Made by a program: the position numbers and the translations under genes | Notes under the pieces: generated by a model | The model's input: only the letters and a program-made list of their open reading frames with translations | What the model was told of the DNA's origin: nothing | Databases searched by the model: none | Part shown: positions 27,388 through 41,014 of the stretch, piece by piece | Layout of the letters: every line of letters starts with the position of its first letter | Numbering within the stretch: the stretch's first letter is position 1 | Source: Ascoidea asiatica JCM 7603 | Lineage: Eukaryota > Fungi > Ascomycota | Assembly (NCBI GenBank): GCA_001600695.1 | Contig: BCKQ01000006.1 | Location: 589,516-653,515, forward strand | Reading direction: 5' to 3' | Length of the DNA stretch: 64,000 nucleotides

Positions 27388-27939
27388 AAACCAAAGAAGA
27401 AAAATGTAATAGCTCTTTCATTTCTTCTTAAACTTGGATCAACAAAAATAAAGTCAATATATTAGTTTTTTTATTCTTCTTTATAGTCATAATAAATCTT
27501 CTGTTTCTTTCATTTCTTTCAAAACTGTATCTGTGTCTGTATAACTGTGTATGTTAAGCTCTTAAACTCGTATTAATTTATGAAATCTATTCCAAATTAG
27601 GCAATAAATGTTCTATTTGTGTTCTAAATTCGGTGTCCCTGAATATTCTTCTGTCCAGCGGTTTTCTCCGCCACCAGCCACAGTCACCAGCCATTCAACT
27701 ATTAAAACGCGTAAAAAATATTTATTTTTTATTTATTTAATTTTTGTGTTTTTGTTTCGCGTTTCGTGTCCGAGACAAGATTTCGATAATTATTTGCCAG
27801 AAGAATCGAGTGTTTTGATAAATACGTTGAAATTACTGATAAAATTGCAAATAAAAATTCAGGAGTTATCGAAATCCCAATACATTCATCAAATGCAATA
27901 TTATTATATTTTTTTGAAGTGTCTTACTCTTCAAATGTA

Positions 27940-28560
27940 ATTATTTTAAAGAAATTAAGAAATTAAAAAATCAATGATCATATTAACTTAAGTACAGTAA
28001 TATATGATTTTGACGACACCTTATTGTTAAAAAAATCCAACCTCAATTCAAAATTATGAGGAAAATAACCTCTCATTTACTTTAATAACAAAGTCAAGTT
28101 TTATTTGCTCAACAAAGTGGTTAATGACATGAAAACTCATTTACGAAATTATTCTAATTTTATTATATTACTCTATTTAATATATTATTCAATGTTTTAT
28201 TCAAAACATTTATTAACATTCCAACAAATTCGAAATGATTTTCGATATTGAGTTTATCATATCACATTTTTTTCAAAAAGGATAATATAATCAATTTTTT
28301 TGACTCCTTTTTATTATAAATGTTAATGGAATTCATAAATTAAACTATAATTCATTCAAAGCCCTGTGGGTGATCTAAATATTTAAATGTACTACTGTTA
28401 CCAGTTTGAGAATTATGAACAAGAAATCGAAGAAAAGAAAAAAAAAAATGTACCAATAATTAACAAATTAAGACATTCAATAAAAGTTATAATCAGGTTA
28501 TAATTATAATTAAAATGATTATCTGATTTACCTTTTACAAAGTTGGAATTGAATGATGTT
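27940..28560 (+). pseudogene. Decayed HAD-domain 'Swiss army knife RNA repair-like' gene (HAD_SAK_1, YMR265C-like); boundaries approximate
   Basis: Ordered remnants VIYDFDDTLL..SNLNSKL* (27997-28059), SG**HENSF (GGT TAA TGA CAT GAA, 28119) and *WNS*I (28324), compared with family motifs YDFDNTLF..PNPKLW, GGWWHD and WWNE.I. Confidence 0.6.
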
Positions 28561-30071
28561 TTAAAAGTTTTTGAGTAAATTTAAATTGGAAACTTTCCTT
28601 ATTTTTATGAATTTATTTTAAATTAAATCAAATTTAGATCAATAATATTTACTGATAACTTTTTCTTTTGAAATCAAAAAATTATTCCGAGCTTAAGGAT
28701 TATTTATCTATTTTAATCTATTTCTTAACAATTATAATTAATTTACAATAGATAACAAAATAGTATAAAATAAAGTAAAATAAAAATAAAATTAAACAAT
28801 TTTTAAATTTATAAAGGCTATTTCAACCTGAAATTATTTATACATTTAAAACACTTACGAAACTTTTAAAATGATTACAAATAAAGTTATTTTGATAAAT
28901 TATGGGTAATGTTGGTAATATTGGTAATATTGGTAATATTGGTAATATCAAAATTAAAACTCAGACCACGATTTACAAATCATTAAATTTTTAAAATTAT
29001 TAGTAATAAAAGAATATTCCCAATTTTTTTTTCCTCCTTTTGACTTGACTACTTTTAATCTTTATAATTCTTACTCTCAAAAAAAAAAAAAAAAAGAGAA
29101 TTGAGCTTTCAAACTTATGATTTTAAAATATTGTAGTAAAATTTGTGGTCATTGCTCTTATCATTTCTTATACAGTCAAATTGTGCCTTTATCTTTTGAA
29201 ATACGGTTTTGAGACAACATTTAAACAATTTTGCTATATTATATTCAATCAAAACTCTTGAGGTTTTCAAAAATAACTATTTTTTAATAAAAAAAATTGG
29301 ACTAATTAATTGATTTCATCAAGGTATTTAGTAATTTTACTGGGAAAATAAAGTAAATCGAAGTCAAGTTTTATCGAAGTGTATTGCACAATATACATTG
29401 GATATTATATTAATAATTTTAATATACAGTATATATAAAATATAATGAAAATTAGACGACCTCTTAAAGTTTTTTTGATTTTAATTAGATTTGACTCCAT
29501 CGAATTGTAATTTAATTCTAGTTATTCTACGATATAAGAAAAAATGATTAAGAGAGTAAATGACGATTAATATTATTTATAGTAAAATAAAATCCAAAAT
29601 GATTTGTAATATTTAAAAATATCTTGAATTTAAAAAAAATATAATATAAGACTTGAGAATTCAAAATTTTAAAAAAACAAATACCAAAAAAAAAGAAATG
29701 AGACAAAAGAGAACAAAAATTAAAGAACGAAAAAAACAAAAAAACAAAAAAACAAAAAAAATGCCCCAACTATCAGTAAAATAAATAAATAAAACTTGGA
29801 AAACAAAAAGAGAAAAACAATCCATAAAAAAAATTAAAAGGAAGTGAAAGAAAATGAAAAGGGAACAAGGAAAGTTGTGTTTTTTTTTAAGACATACTTG
29901 AGATAAGTGAGTGTGTGAATAATTAAATAATTAATAATTAATGATTGATGATTAATAAATAAAATAAAATAAAGCAGAAAAGAATGAACGTAAAAAAGCA
30001 AAAATAATTGAAAAGAAAAAATAAGCATAAGAGTTATCTATGATAGTAATAATAATAATTGTAGTAATATA

Positions 30072-30640
30072 TTACATTATTGTACAACATCCACCAACAT
30101 CTTCTTTTGTTGAAAAATTCATATTAGAAATATCTTTTGAGACTCCTCTTTGAGATTGTCTAGTACGTTTTGGATTTAAAGGAATTTTTTGATTTTGATT
30201 ACGAGAAGGATTTTTACTTTTCTGAGATTTTATTTGATTAGAATTTTGAGTAGTTATTTGAGTAGTTATTTGATTAGAAAGTGGATTAGAGAGTGGAAAT
30301 TGATTTGAAGTATAATTTTCTTGAATATTACTACTTATAGTTGAATTTATATAATTATTATTTCTTGAACTTTTTGGATAATTAGAAGATCTTGAAGATT
30401 TTCCACTTCTCATACTTTTTGAAGAATTTATTAATATGGAAGAAGATGAAGTATCTTGGGTATAATGATTATCAATATATGAATTTCTTTTTGAAGGAGA
30501 TCTTCTTAAAGTTGAAGAACCTAAAATAGCTGGATCAAAATTATAATCAGGTGGAGGAGAAGTTGAAGGACCTGCATAAGAATATCTATTATTTATACTA
30601 TTAATATTATGATTATTGTAATTATTAATATTATTATTAA

Positions 30641-30677
<37 letters not shown>

Positions 30678-31178
30678 TACAATATCTGAATAAGTATAAT
30701 TAGATGCTAATGTGAACCTTTTATTACAATCTCTTATATTATTTTGATTCATTGTAACTGAAGTTCTACCATTATTAACTAAAGAATTTTGATATTTTGA
30801 ATAATCCATCATATTTATAATTTTTTGATTTGAAGAATTTAAAGATCTAATTCGTACATTAAATATAGTTGAATTTGAAAGATCAATATCACCTAATTGA
30901 GTACCAGAATGAATAAATTTACCACAATGTAAAAATGAAATTTCACTAACAGATAAAGGTTTTTGACCCCAAATTGGGTTCCAATTATTATATAAATAAT
31001 GAATTAAATCAAATAAAGTAATTTCAGAAGTTGATCTTGCAGTTAATTGATTTTCATATATAAAATATTTATTTAAATTTAAATTAAGTCTTTGATCAGT
31101 TAAAAAATTTATAGAAACATTTATTTCGATTTCATCAAACATTGATTCAGAATCATCCATAAATCTCATATCAGCCAT
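30072..31178 (-). CDS. Membrane-anchored ubiquitin-fold protein (UBL3/MUB family) with long Ser/Asn linker
   Basis: ITLFDLIHYLYNNWNPIWGQKPLSVSEISFLHCGKFI matches the fungal UBL3 pattern; C-terminal GGCCTIM CaaX with adjacent palmitoylatable Cys. Confidence 0.7.
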
Positions 31179-34100
31179 TTTTAAAAGTAGTTTTTTATAA
31201 TTTTTCTTGAATTATTAGATTTATATCTAAGTGTTTTTTTTTTGAAATAACTTTTTTAGATAAAAAAAAAAAAAAAAATTAAGGGGATTTTAATATAAAT
31301 TTATATTGATAAGTTAATGATTTAATAATATATTATTTTGATAAGTTGTAAAATTTATAAATCTTTTGAGGATTTAGTTAAAAAATAATTGAAAGACAAA
31401 ATAAATTAATCGATGATTGAATTATTAAGTATATTTTAATTTTTTTTTTTATTTTATTTAAAAGGAGATAAAAAATAATAATTAAAAAATAAAAAAAAAT
31501 AAGATAACAGAGTTGAAATAGAACAAGTCTCTAAAATAAAAATAAGAATAAAAATAAAAGTGTGGTAAGGATAATATTATTTTCAGTATTTAAACTGATA
31601 GTGATAGTGATTAATAATAATGGTTGATAATGATTTAAGACAAAACCGGATAGATAATTATAGATATATATATGGATATATATATATATAAATAAATAGA
31701 TATTTAAATGATTGTAAATGGATTATGATTGTTGATGTAAATGGAATTAATGGAAGTAATTAATGAATAGATAATAGGTAATAGGTAAGAATTAAATATT
31801 TATTAAGTAATAAATTTAAAGTAGAGTACGGAAAAGGATACGAGTATGAATAGTAATTTGTAATAGTTTAATAGATTAATAGTTTAAAATTTAGTGGATT
31901 AAATGGATAAATTTGAATTTGTAATGACCTTTATAAAAAATATGTTCAATTTATAGTAGTTTTTGAATATGAATATATGTAATGTTAAGGAAGTTTTAAA
32001 GATGCCAATTACGTATTATATTACAATATTTATTAGATTTAGTAGATTTATTAGATTTTTGAGTAGTTTATTAACTTTAAATTTGACGATCTTTTTTTTT
32101 GAAATTTAATATTAAAAAGTAATTGAAATATTTGTGATTGAAGTTTTATAGCTAAAGAATTATTTTGAATTACTAGATTGAAAATTATAGATTAAATTAA
32201 ATTAGCATTTAAATTAAATTAATTATGAATTATTTTAGGTTATATTGATATTGATATTGATATTGATATTGATGTTTTATGAATATGAAGAAAGAGGATG
32301 AGAAAGAGTTAAAATTTTAAAAGTTATAAAAGTATTTAGTTTAGAAATGAAGGATGTTGATAAGTATTTATAAATTTATAAGTTTATAAAGTTTTAATTA
32401 TTTTTATTTGATTCAAAATTTGGATTCTGATTGTCTTAAGTCACTTTTTGTCTTTATTTTTGTTCTGATTGTTATCTTTATCTTTGATTATTATCTTTGA
32501 TTATTATCTTTGATTGTTATCTTTTGAAGACTGTCTTTGATTTTGTTATCTTTGGATAATGTCTCTGATTCTGAAGGAAAGTGAGTGAATGAAAGAAAAG
32601 AAGAAGAAGAAAGCAGTGGAGGAAACGAATAAAATAAAGAGAAAGAGAAAGAGAAAGAGAAAAAGGAGAGAATGGAAACAATAAATAGTGTATGTTTCTG
32701 TTTGTATTTGTAGTTTGTAGTTTGTAGTTTGTAAATGGAGTGGTTTATTTGAATTGATTTTAGATTGATTTTCTTTTTTCTTTTGTATTTATATTTATTT
32801 ATCGATTAATTTCTATTTTTTCATTTATTCCCATGAATTAAACAATGCACAACAGTAAGTATGGGATTAAGTATTCCCGCTACGGTGCTACGGGAATTAT
32901 ACTCTTATTAATAAATTGAGAATAATTACTGAAGGGCCCTTTTCGTAATGGAATTGTGTTGAAATTGTATTGAAATTCAACCAAAAACAAAAATTATCTC
33001 AAAAAGTATTTCAAAAAGAGCACAAAAAGAAATACAAAAAGATCTAATTCATCTATTCTGAATAGGCAACAGTGAGCTTTTATCCTTATTTCTGATTTTA
33101 TTACGACGCGCAGAACAAACATTTCATTCCTCAAGGGGTTGTTTTTCTTCCTCACCAAAATTATTAATGATTTTTATTTTAAACGTTACTGTAACGTTAG
33201 TGTGACGTTACTGTAGTTTACTTTAATTGTAATTGTAATTTCATTTATTTCATTATTACCAAAGGTATTAAAAAGTAATCTGAAGCGTTTGGTAATTTCA
33301 AAAGAAACGTTGTGACTGATGTTACAAGTAACGCTGTAAGTAACCCTGTAAGAACAAGAATCAATTTAAGATCGCGTCTTGAAACGCGTTTTTTATTTTA
33401 AATTAATTCATTTAATTGAATTCGTTTTAATTTATTTCTTTAATTGATTCAATTCCTTTAATTTATTTGAACTATTCAATTAATTGAATTAATTTAAAAT
33501 TTTATTATTAGATAGTTGCATGTCAGTAATGTAAAAATACAAGCATGAGACTCTTTTCTCTGTTATCCACCGAGGAATATTTTCATAGAGAAGTTATATT
33601 AAATAAATTCCAATTAAGAATCTTAAGGTTACCAATCAAAAAAAAAAAAAACACGCAGGTGATAAGTAAAGAAGCAAAATTTTAAAAAATGGAGGAATTT
33701 TTTACTTCTCAATTAACATAATTGAACTGCAGACGAGCATTAAATGCATCGGCCTTCGAAAAAAAAGAGAATGACCTTATTAAATATTTGTTATTACAAC
33801 AGAAAATGATTTCTTTAACTCCTGTTTATGAAAGAATTCAATCTTTAATTTCAAACAATTACTGTTTTTTTTTTTAAACGAAAAATATCTAATGAATTAG
33901 TAATTCAAATTACCATAAATTCATTGAAATGCTATTAATCTAAAGTATGTACTGTACAAAATAAAACGGATAATTAATCTCTTAACTAATTAGTAAAGTA
34001 AGGAAGTAAGGATAACGTTAAAACAAATAACAAAACCAATTATCTTTGTTTGATAACGTTGTTGTTACTACCAAAAAAAAAATTTAAGTAAAAATTGAGT

Positions 34101-35118
34101 TTTTCAACCTTAGTTTTTTTTTTGGGTTTTTTTATGTTGGTCTAGATTCCACATGACCTTCTCTAAATGGATTGATTTCGGGATAGGCCTGATTCATCTT
34201 CGGGATATCCGAATGTGGGCATATTCAGTATGCCTCGGGCTGACGTTTCTTGGTTTTGTGCGCATTTTTACAATACAATAACGAACACTTGATTTTAAAT
34301 ACAGTATAACGAACAACTTAGTTACAGTACCGGTACAGTAATTAAGTACCGAATATAAATATTGCGATAAAAGAGATCACAAATAGTTAGCTAACTTTAC
34401 ACTAAAACGATAAAATTACTCCTTTTTATATGGTAAGCATTACAAAAAAGACCTTTATTTGATTTTAAAACATGTTTTATAAAAATTGACACTAAGTTCG
34501 AATTAATGATGAAATTCATAAACACTTAACAGAAATAAATAGTGTTCATAAATTTGACCAGAGTTCAATTTCAATTTCAACCACTGCTAATGAAATTTAG
34601 CAGTTTGTGGAAATTTATTAAGAGCTACAGAAAAAAAAGCAAAAGATAACTTGGATGAATAAAATCTGACTTTGTGTGTTTGTCTCCATCTCCACATTTC
34701 ACTCTCTGTCTTATATTTTGTGTCTTGAGTCTCAGGTTTCGAGTCTCTTCTGGGATCATTTATTCAAAGCTATTAGCTATTAATTAACAATTAACAATTA
34801 ACAATTAATATTAAAATCGGTAAATTATACCAAATTTTTTTATCAATATCAATCAATGTAAAAAGAATTATAAATCTATAATAACATTTAACATTTATTC
34901 TAAATTTATATTAAAATTCAATACCGAATATTAATATTAACTTTAGAATATTCTAATTTAGAATCATTTTTATATCAAAGACACCCAAATATTTAAATAT
35001 TCAATGAAATTCATTCACTTTTATTTGCGCCGTACCAATATATTAATATTATCAATACAATTAATACTATTAATACTATTAAAACTAATAAAATACTAGT
35101 AATAATAGTATTAAATAA

Positions 35119-36909
35119 TTATTGAGTTTCTTTTAATGTATCATTATCTTCATAAAATTCATCAGACAGTCCATTTTCAACCACTTTTTCAAAATATTTA
35201 ATTTCTTTATTCAATTCATTACAATTTAATGTTAAATTACCATCAATTTCACTATCCATTTCACTATTCATTTCACAATTCATTTCACTTGTATTTTCAC
35301 TAATATTTTCACTAATGTTTTCATTTTCATTCATTACTATTGATTTTCTTTTCTCTGTTTGTAATTCAATATCATTTTCATTTTCAATTTCATTTTCAAT
35401 TTTATTTTCAATTTTATTTTCATTTAAAAATTTTAAAACATGTGGAAAAACTAATTTATCTACGGAATCTCCCCAAATAATTTCTAAATGTTCATAATCT
35501 TTAATACCAATAGATTTAACATTTTTTGGTAATTGATTTAAAATTACTTCAATATCAACTAATGAATCTTTTTTACCATAAATTAATAATATTGGTATAC
35601 GAATATTTTTTGTTGGATATGTTGGAATTTTAAACATAAGTTCAACTTTATTTTTCTTACTTTTTTCAGATATATTATCATGATCAAAATGATTTGAAAA
35701 ACCACCTTGTCTTGAAACTGCTCTTCTTGTATCAAATAAAAAATTATAACCATTATTTATACAATCATCAAACATTTGAAATTTTCTATTTTTCATAATT
35801 TGAAACCAATGAACAACAACTTTAACACTTGTTGGAGAATATAAATGAGAATATGAAATTAATTTTTGTTCTTCATTAATATTTAAACCTTTCCAATTAA
35901 ATAAAAAATTATTACCTAAATCAATAAGATAATTAAAAAATCTTGGATAAATTATACTTTGCCAAAATGTTGCAGAACTTAATAATGATTTTCTACCAAA
36001 AAATAAATACATTAAATTTGGATTTAATTTCATTAAAATATCAATTAAATAATGATTTATACCACTTGGTGTTAAAGCAGGTGATAAAGCAATTAAACAA
36101 TTTAATTTATTATTTAAATCATTTTTAAAACTTAAAGATGCAAAACCTTGAGCAGTACCTTGACTAAAACCAATATAAGTAATTTTTTTTAAATTATTAT
36201 TTTTTTCAAAATTATTATTATTTTTATAAAAATTTAATATATAATCTAAAGTATCAGGTATATCATAATTTGAAAATTCATCTAAAGAAAAATCCCAAAA
36301 TTTATTTGAATCAGATTTTAAATTATTATGTTTTTTTGAATATTTATTACCTCTATTATTACCTAACCAAACTTCATAATTTAAATTATTTAAAATAAAT
36401 GGTAAATTATTTAAATTTGGATTTTTAAATTTAGTTATCCAAATTTCACTATTCATTAATAAACCATGATGTAAATAAACTATACCATTAATTTTTTTTT
36501 TTGGATTCTTTAATAATAATCTATGAATTGTTAAAATATAACCATCTTTAGTTTCAATTAAATGTTCTTCACAATCATAATTAAAAACTTTACACATTTC
36601 TATAAAATCATAACATGAATTTAATTTATTTATAATTTTTTCATTTTTTTCATTTTCTTCTTTTATTTTTTTATTTGATTTAATATTTTTATCATTATTT
36701 TGAGAATTTAAATTTAAATTTAAATTTATTAAATTTTCATCAATAACTTTAAATAAAAATTTAACTAAATTATCAAAAAAATTTATTATAAAATTTGGTA
36801 AATAACTTGTTATTACACTTAAAAAAAATTCAATCCAAACTAAAAAAATAGTTAAAATTAAGATAAACCATTCTGTTAATGGTAATCTTCCAATAAAAGG
36901 AATATACAT
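35119..36909 (-). CDS. TGL1: Steryl ester hydrolase / lipase Tgl1
   Basis: MYIPFIGRL N-terminus, TKDGYILTIHR, HHGLLMNSEIW, WLGNNRGNKYS, GFSQG nucleophile, D and H triad motifs (KDSLVD, YEHLE). Confidence 0.93.
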   Translation of the reverse strand: MYIPFIGRLPLTEWFILILTIFLVWIEFFLSVITSYLPNFIINFFDNLVKFLFKVIDENLINLNLNLNSQNNDKNIKSNKKIKEENEKNEKIINKLNSCYDFIEMCKVFNYDCEEHLIETKDGYILTIHRLLLKNPKKKINGIVYLHHGLLMNSEIWITKFKNPNLNNLPFILNNLNYEVWLGNNRGNKYSKKHNNLKSDSNKFWDFSLDEFSNYDIPDTLDYILNFYKNNNNFEKNNNLKKITYIGFSQGTAQGFASLSFKNDLNNKLNCLIALSPALTPSGINHYLIDILMKLNPNLMYLFFGRKSLLSSATFWQSIIYPRFFNYLIDLGNNFLFNWKGLNINEEQKLISYSHLYSPTSVKVVVHWFQIMKNRKFQMFDDCINNGYNFLFDTRRAVSRQGGFSNHFDHDNISEKSKKNKVELMFKIPTYPTKNIRIPILLIYGKKDSLVDIEVILNQLPKNVKSIGIKDYEHLEIIWGDSVDKLVFPHVLKFLNENKIENKIENEIENENDIELQTEKRKSIVMNENENISENISENTSEMNCEMNSEMDSEIDGNLTLNCNELNKEIKYFEKVVENGLSDEFYEDNDTLKETQ

Positions 36910-37310
36910 TTTTGATTAACTATTATATTGAGAGTATTCTTGAGAGTAGTATTCTTGATTATTATTGATTATTTAATGAGAAGTGATCAAAAGAGATTAT
37001 ATAAGGATATTGAAATAGGAGAGATTAAAGAATATATTTGATTATATTTGAATATATTTGAATATATTTGAATATATTTGAATATTTGATTATCTCTGAT
37101 TATATTTGTGTTTATATTTATTTATTATTTATTCGACTGCTTTCTGATCACTCACATGCTTTTTGAGCAATTTTACGTAACTTTTAATTATAAATTTTGT
37201 CTCTTTTTGCGTTTTGCGTTTTCTTGTCGTAGCTTTCGTAGCTTTCGTACCCGATTCTCGGCACTCGTTCTCGTAACCATATTCGTTTTCTCGTTCCGGG
37301 AAACCTTTAT

Positions 37311-37377
37311 CAGCCACAAAGAGCAAGCCACTTGAAATGTGACAGCCACTTTCACTTATGGCGGTACATGTGGCTCA
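37311..37377. promoter_or_regulatory. Cluster of Crz1-like elements upstream of TGL1
   Basis: CAGCCAC at 37311 and 37343, GTGGCTCA at 37370. Confidence 0.4.
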
Positions 37378-38317
37378 TTACTTTTTTTTTTTATTGTTTA
37401 TCTATTCCCTATTTGGGATAAACAAATATATCATCGATGATAAATATTTGATCTTTTCAGTGTATTCTTGTGTAATTTCTTATTGATTATATCCTCATAT
37501 TACTTAATTAAAAAGGTATAATACAACAATGTCTTCAGTAAATTCATGAAACACTTTTTTATTTCCATTTAATCAATTGAAGATAACAAATATTTGATTA
37601 TAAATCTAAATTCAAAAAAGCAAAAAAAAGGCAAAATCGTTGATCAAACTAAAGACCTAAAAAAAAAAATAATCAGTAAAAATATTTCAAAGACATTTCA
37701 AAGACATTTCATAGATTGAAACCTGGGTAAGTCTGACATGGAATGAATATTTTTTGAACAAAAGATTAATCAAACTTTTGTTATAAAAGCATAGCTATTT
37801 CCATCTTTTTTAAATGGTTTATTCTCCCTTTTTTTCTTTGTCGACGTACTTCAGTAAGTAGCTTACCATATGGTTCAAACAATATTAATAAATATAATAA
37901 TAATAGTAATAATAGTTTCAATTACTAACAAATTCAATAGTAGGATCATTTCTATAGGTCACGTCTCTCTTTGATTCTTCAAAAGAGCCATCAAATCCAA
38001 CTTGGATGATGAGATAAATCCCATTATATCCATTGAATGAGAATTTCAATTAGTTTATCTATGATCCTTTGTTGGTCTAGATATCTTGTTTTATTTTTCA
38101 ATTTACCTTTTGTTTGTAAAGATATCCAAATTTTGTTGATATCTTAAGAAAGGAGCAATGATTTCAATCCTTTATTACTTATTTTTTTTTTTTTTAAAAA
38201 AAGTAAATATTGGATGGATATTAATGGCAGTCTGACAAGTTTTTAAATAAATAAATTAATACTTTACTATTTATTCAATTTAATATAAAGTTATGATTTT
38301 TATTTATCCAAACCTCT

Positions 38318-40336
38318 TTAAACATCTTCATTTATATTTTTTTTTGAAATTAAATCATCATTATCTTCATCATTTTCATATTTAATAATAAAATATATCA
38401 TTTCACTTATTTTAGTTTTTATCATCATTGAAAGTAAATAAAATCTTGTAGTATTTTTTTGTAATTTATGAATTATCATATCTCTTAAAAACCATAAAAT
38501 TATAGAAAGACAAAATATTAAACTACAAATATAAATTCCCCAAAGAAATGAATATGTAAAATTTAAAGCAAATCCACTGGTAATAACTGATAATACACCA
38601 GAAATTCCAAAAATTATTGTTAATGTTTTTGTTGTTTCTGCTGTACCTAAAGAAATACTATGATTTAAAGCTTCAATCATTTCATTAGTTTCTTTATTAA
38701 ATTTTTTAAATTTAATTTCTTGATTTATAGAAACTCTTAATAATTTATTAATTAAACTTATATTTTTACCATTCTCATTATTATTATTTTTAATATTATA
38801 ATCAATTTCACGTTTTAAACAATTATTCATGATTTTTAATTCTTTTAAAATATATTCAATTTCTTTTGAAATTGATTTTAATATCACCATTTGACTAAAT
38901 TGGGGAAAATCTTTAATTAAATATTCTTTATATTTAGATATAATTTTTTGAAAATGATAACCAATTTTATTATAATTTCTTGAAACTGATTTAATAATAA
39001 ATTTCTCAATACTTTTTTCAAAATTTTTTTCAATTATAAAATGATCATTATTACTATTACTATCAATCTCAATTTTAATAAAGTTTTTATCTAATTGGTC
39101 TGATAATGTTGATAAATCTTGAAAAATAAATGGTTCCATTAATAAAATACATTTTAAATTTTTATTATCTATAATTAAATTAATATTTTCATGAATTATA
39201 TCTATTTTTGATTCTAAAAATGGGAATGGATTTGATATAAATTCTTTTTCTATAGGTGAAAAAAAATTTTGAGATAAATTTTTAGTTTTAGAATTATTAT
39301 AAATTTCTATATTTATATTATTACCATATTTTTCTAAATCTTCAGATAATTTTTCACCAGTACTCATATTTGATAAATGTTCATAAAATGCAAAAACTTC
39401 ATAATTTTCAAGTTCAAATTTATTTAATAAATCAATTAAATTTTGTTTATCATTTAATAAATTTTTATATTTGTTTAAAAAATAATTTATTAATAATGAT
39501 GGTATAATTGATTTATATTCATTATATTTATGAGGATCTGAAATAATACTATCTATTGAACTTGAATTTTTTTTTTTAATTTTTACAATTTTCAGAATTA
39601 TTACTTTTGATACAACTTGATATAAAATTGAAGTGTAATGAATTGCATTGGAATTTATAGGATCAGCATCTAAACTTGAATTTGAATTTGAATTTTTTTC
39701 AATGGTTTTAATAATAAAAACAGGAATTGAAAAGAAAAAAACGTTTGAATTAGTTGAATTGATTGAATTGAGTGAAGTTAGTGACTTATCTGAAATATAT
39801 TGAAAGTTTTTATAATTTGATTTGAAATTTAATATCATTAAATTAATTAAATTATCTGGAACTAAAATGGAATTTGAAAATTTTGAATTAATTAATCTCA
39901 AAGAAACTGGTGAAAGACTTTTGATTTTAAAAAATTTTATCACATTATTATTATCATTAATAGTTTCTAAGATTTTATAAAAATCTTGGTTCACTTTAGA
40001 TAAATTTTCATTAAACAAATCACCTTCATTTAAACTTATATCTTCAGCTTCAAAATATTGTATTGCATTTTCTTCTTTTTTTTTTACAGCAAGTGAAGCT
40101 AGTTTATTTTTATTGAGATATATTAGTTTATCAAATTTATAGTCTGAATTAAGAATATTTTGAGATAATAGCTTTTGAATGTTTTTAGATAATTTAATTA
40201 CAGAAATATTATAATTATAACTTTTAAATAAATCAAATATTGTTATTGGATATTCTTCATAAGAACTGGCTTCCAATAAATTCAAACACTCTTCATTATT
40301 AAGATCCATTAAAGGTATTGAATTTATATTGCGCAT
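38318..40336 (-). CDS. Divergent CorA/MIT-superfamily-like membrane protein with non-canonical loop
   Basis: Long helical region followed by TTKTLTIIFGISGVLSVITSGFALNFTYSFLWGIYICSLIFCLSIILWFL, which maps onto CorA 'MKxLTI...GxxGMNF...W' with ALN replacing GMN. Confidence 0.5.
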   Translation of the reverse strand: MRNINSIPLMDLNNEECLNLLEASSYEEYPITIFDLFKSYNYNISVIKLSKNIQKLLSQNILNSDYKFDKLIYLNKNKLASLAVKKKEENAIQYFEAEDISLNEGDLFNENLSKVNQDFYKILETINDNNNVIKFFKIKSLSPVSLRLINSKFSNSILVPDNLINLMILNFKSNYKNFQYISDKSLTSLNSINSTNSNVFFFSIPVFIIKTIEKNSNSNSSLDADPINSNAIHYTSILYQVVSKVIILKIVKIKKKNSSSIDSIISDPHKYNEYKSIIPSLLINYFLNKYKNLLNDKQNLIDLLNKFELENYEVFAFYEHLSNMSTGEKLSEDLEKYGNNINIEIYNNSKTKNLSQNFFSPIEKEFISNPFPFLESKIDIIHENINLIIDNKNLKCILLMEPFIFQDLSTLSDQLDKNFIKIEIDSNSNNDHFIIEKNFEKSIEKFIIKSVSRNYNKIGYHFQKIISKYKEYLIKDFPQFSQMVILKSISKEIEYILKELKIMNNCLKREIDYNIKNNNNENGKNISLINKLLRVSINQEIKFKKFNKETNEMIEALNHSISLGTAETTKTLTIIFGISGVLSVITSGFALNFTYSFLWGIYICSLIFCLSIILWFLRDMIIHKLQKNTTRFYLLSMMIKTKISEMIYFIIKYENDEDNDDLISKKNINEDV

Positions 40337-41014
40337 TCTTTCACTAAAGATTATTGTAGTGGAATAAAATATTTCTTTTCAAATTTTTATATACGTATTT
40401 TTAACTTGAATTTTGTATTTCTTATTGAAGTTTTGAAGTAATGATTCGATGTAAATGAAAATGAATAAATAATATGTGGTGATTATAAAGTCTAACAACT
40501 AGAAAATTAAGAGTTGATAGTTATTTATGTTTCAATTCCTAGATGTTTAGCTTAACCAAAGATAAATAATAGCCTCGTTTAAAAACAAATATTTTATCTA
40601 TGAGACATTAGTGAGACACTTTGATTGAATATTTGTTTTATTTTATTTTAATTGATGAATCTCTTGACGTTGGAATAAAAAGAGAGGTTTGAGAAGATCA
40701 ATCTTTAATTCATTTGATAATCACTTCTGATATTGATTTACATATGATATTTACTGGGAGGCAGTTCAATGGCTGAGCTGTCTTAAAAAGACACCATTTT
40801 GGTATTACAATAACTTCTTAAGAATATATTAAATATATTATTTCAAATCACTAATGGGAATGCTTTTGTTTCCATTTGAATTTGAATTTAAAATCCTATT
40901 AAAGATATGTATTTCATTACATTTCAGACTTAATCAAAAAAAACTGCAACGTTATGAAACTTATATCATTATCTTTCAACTGAAAAAATCAGTTTTATAA
41001 TACTTTTCAATACA

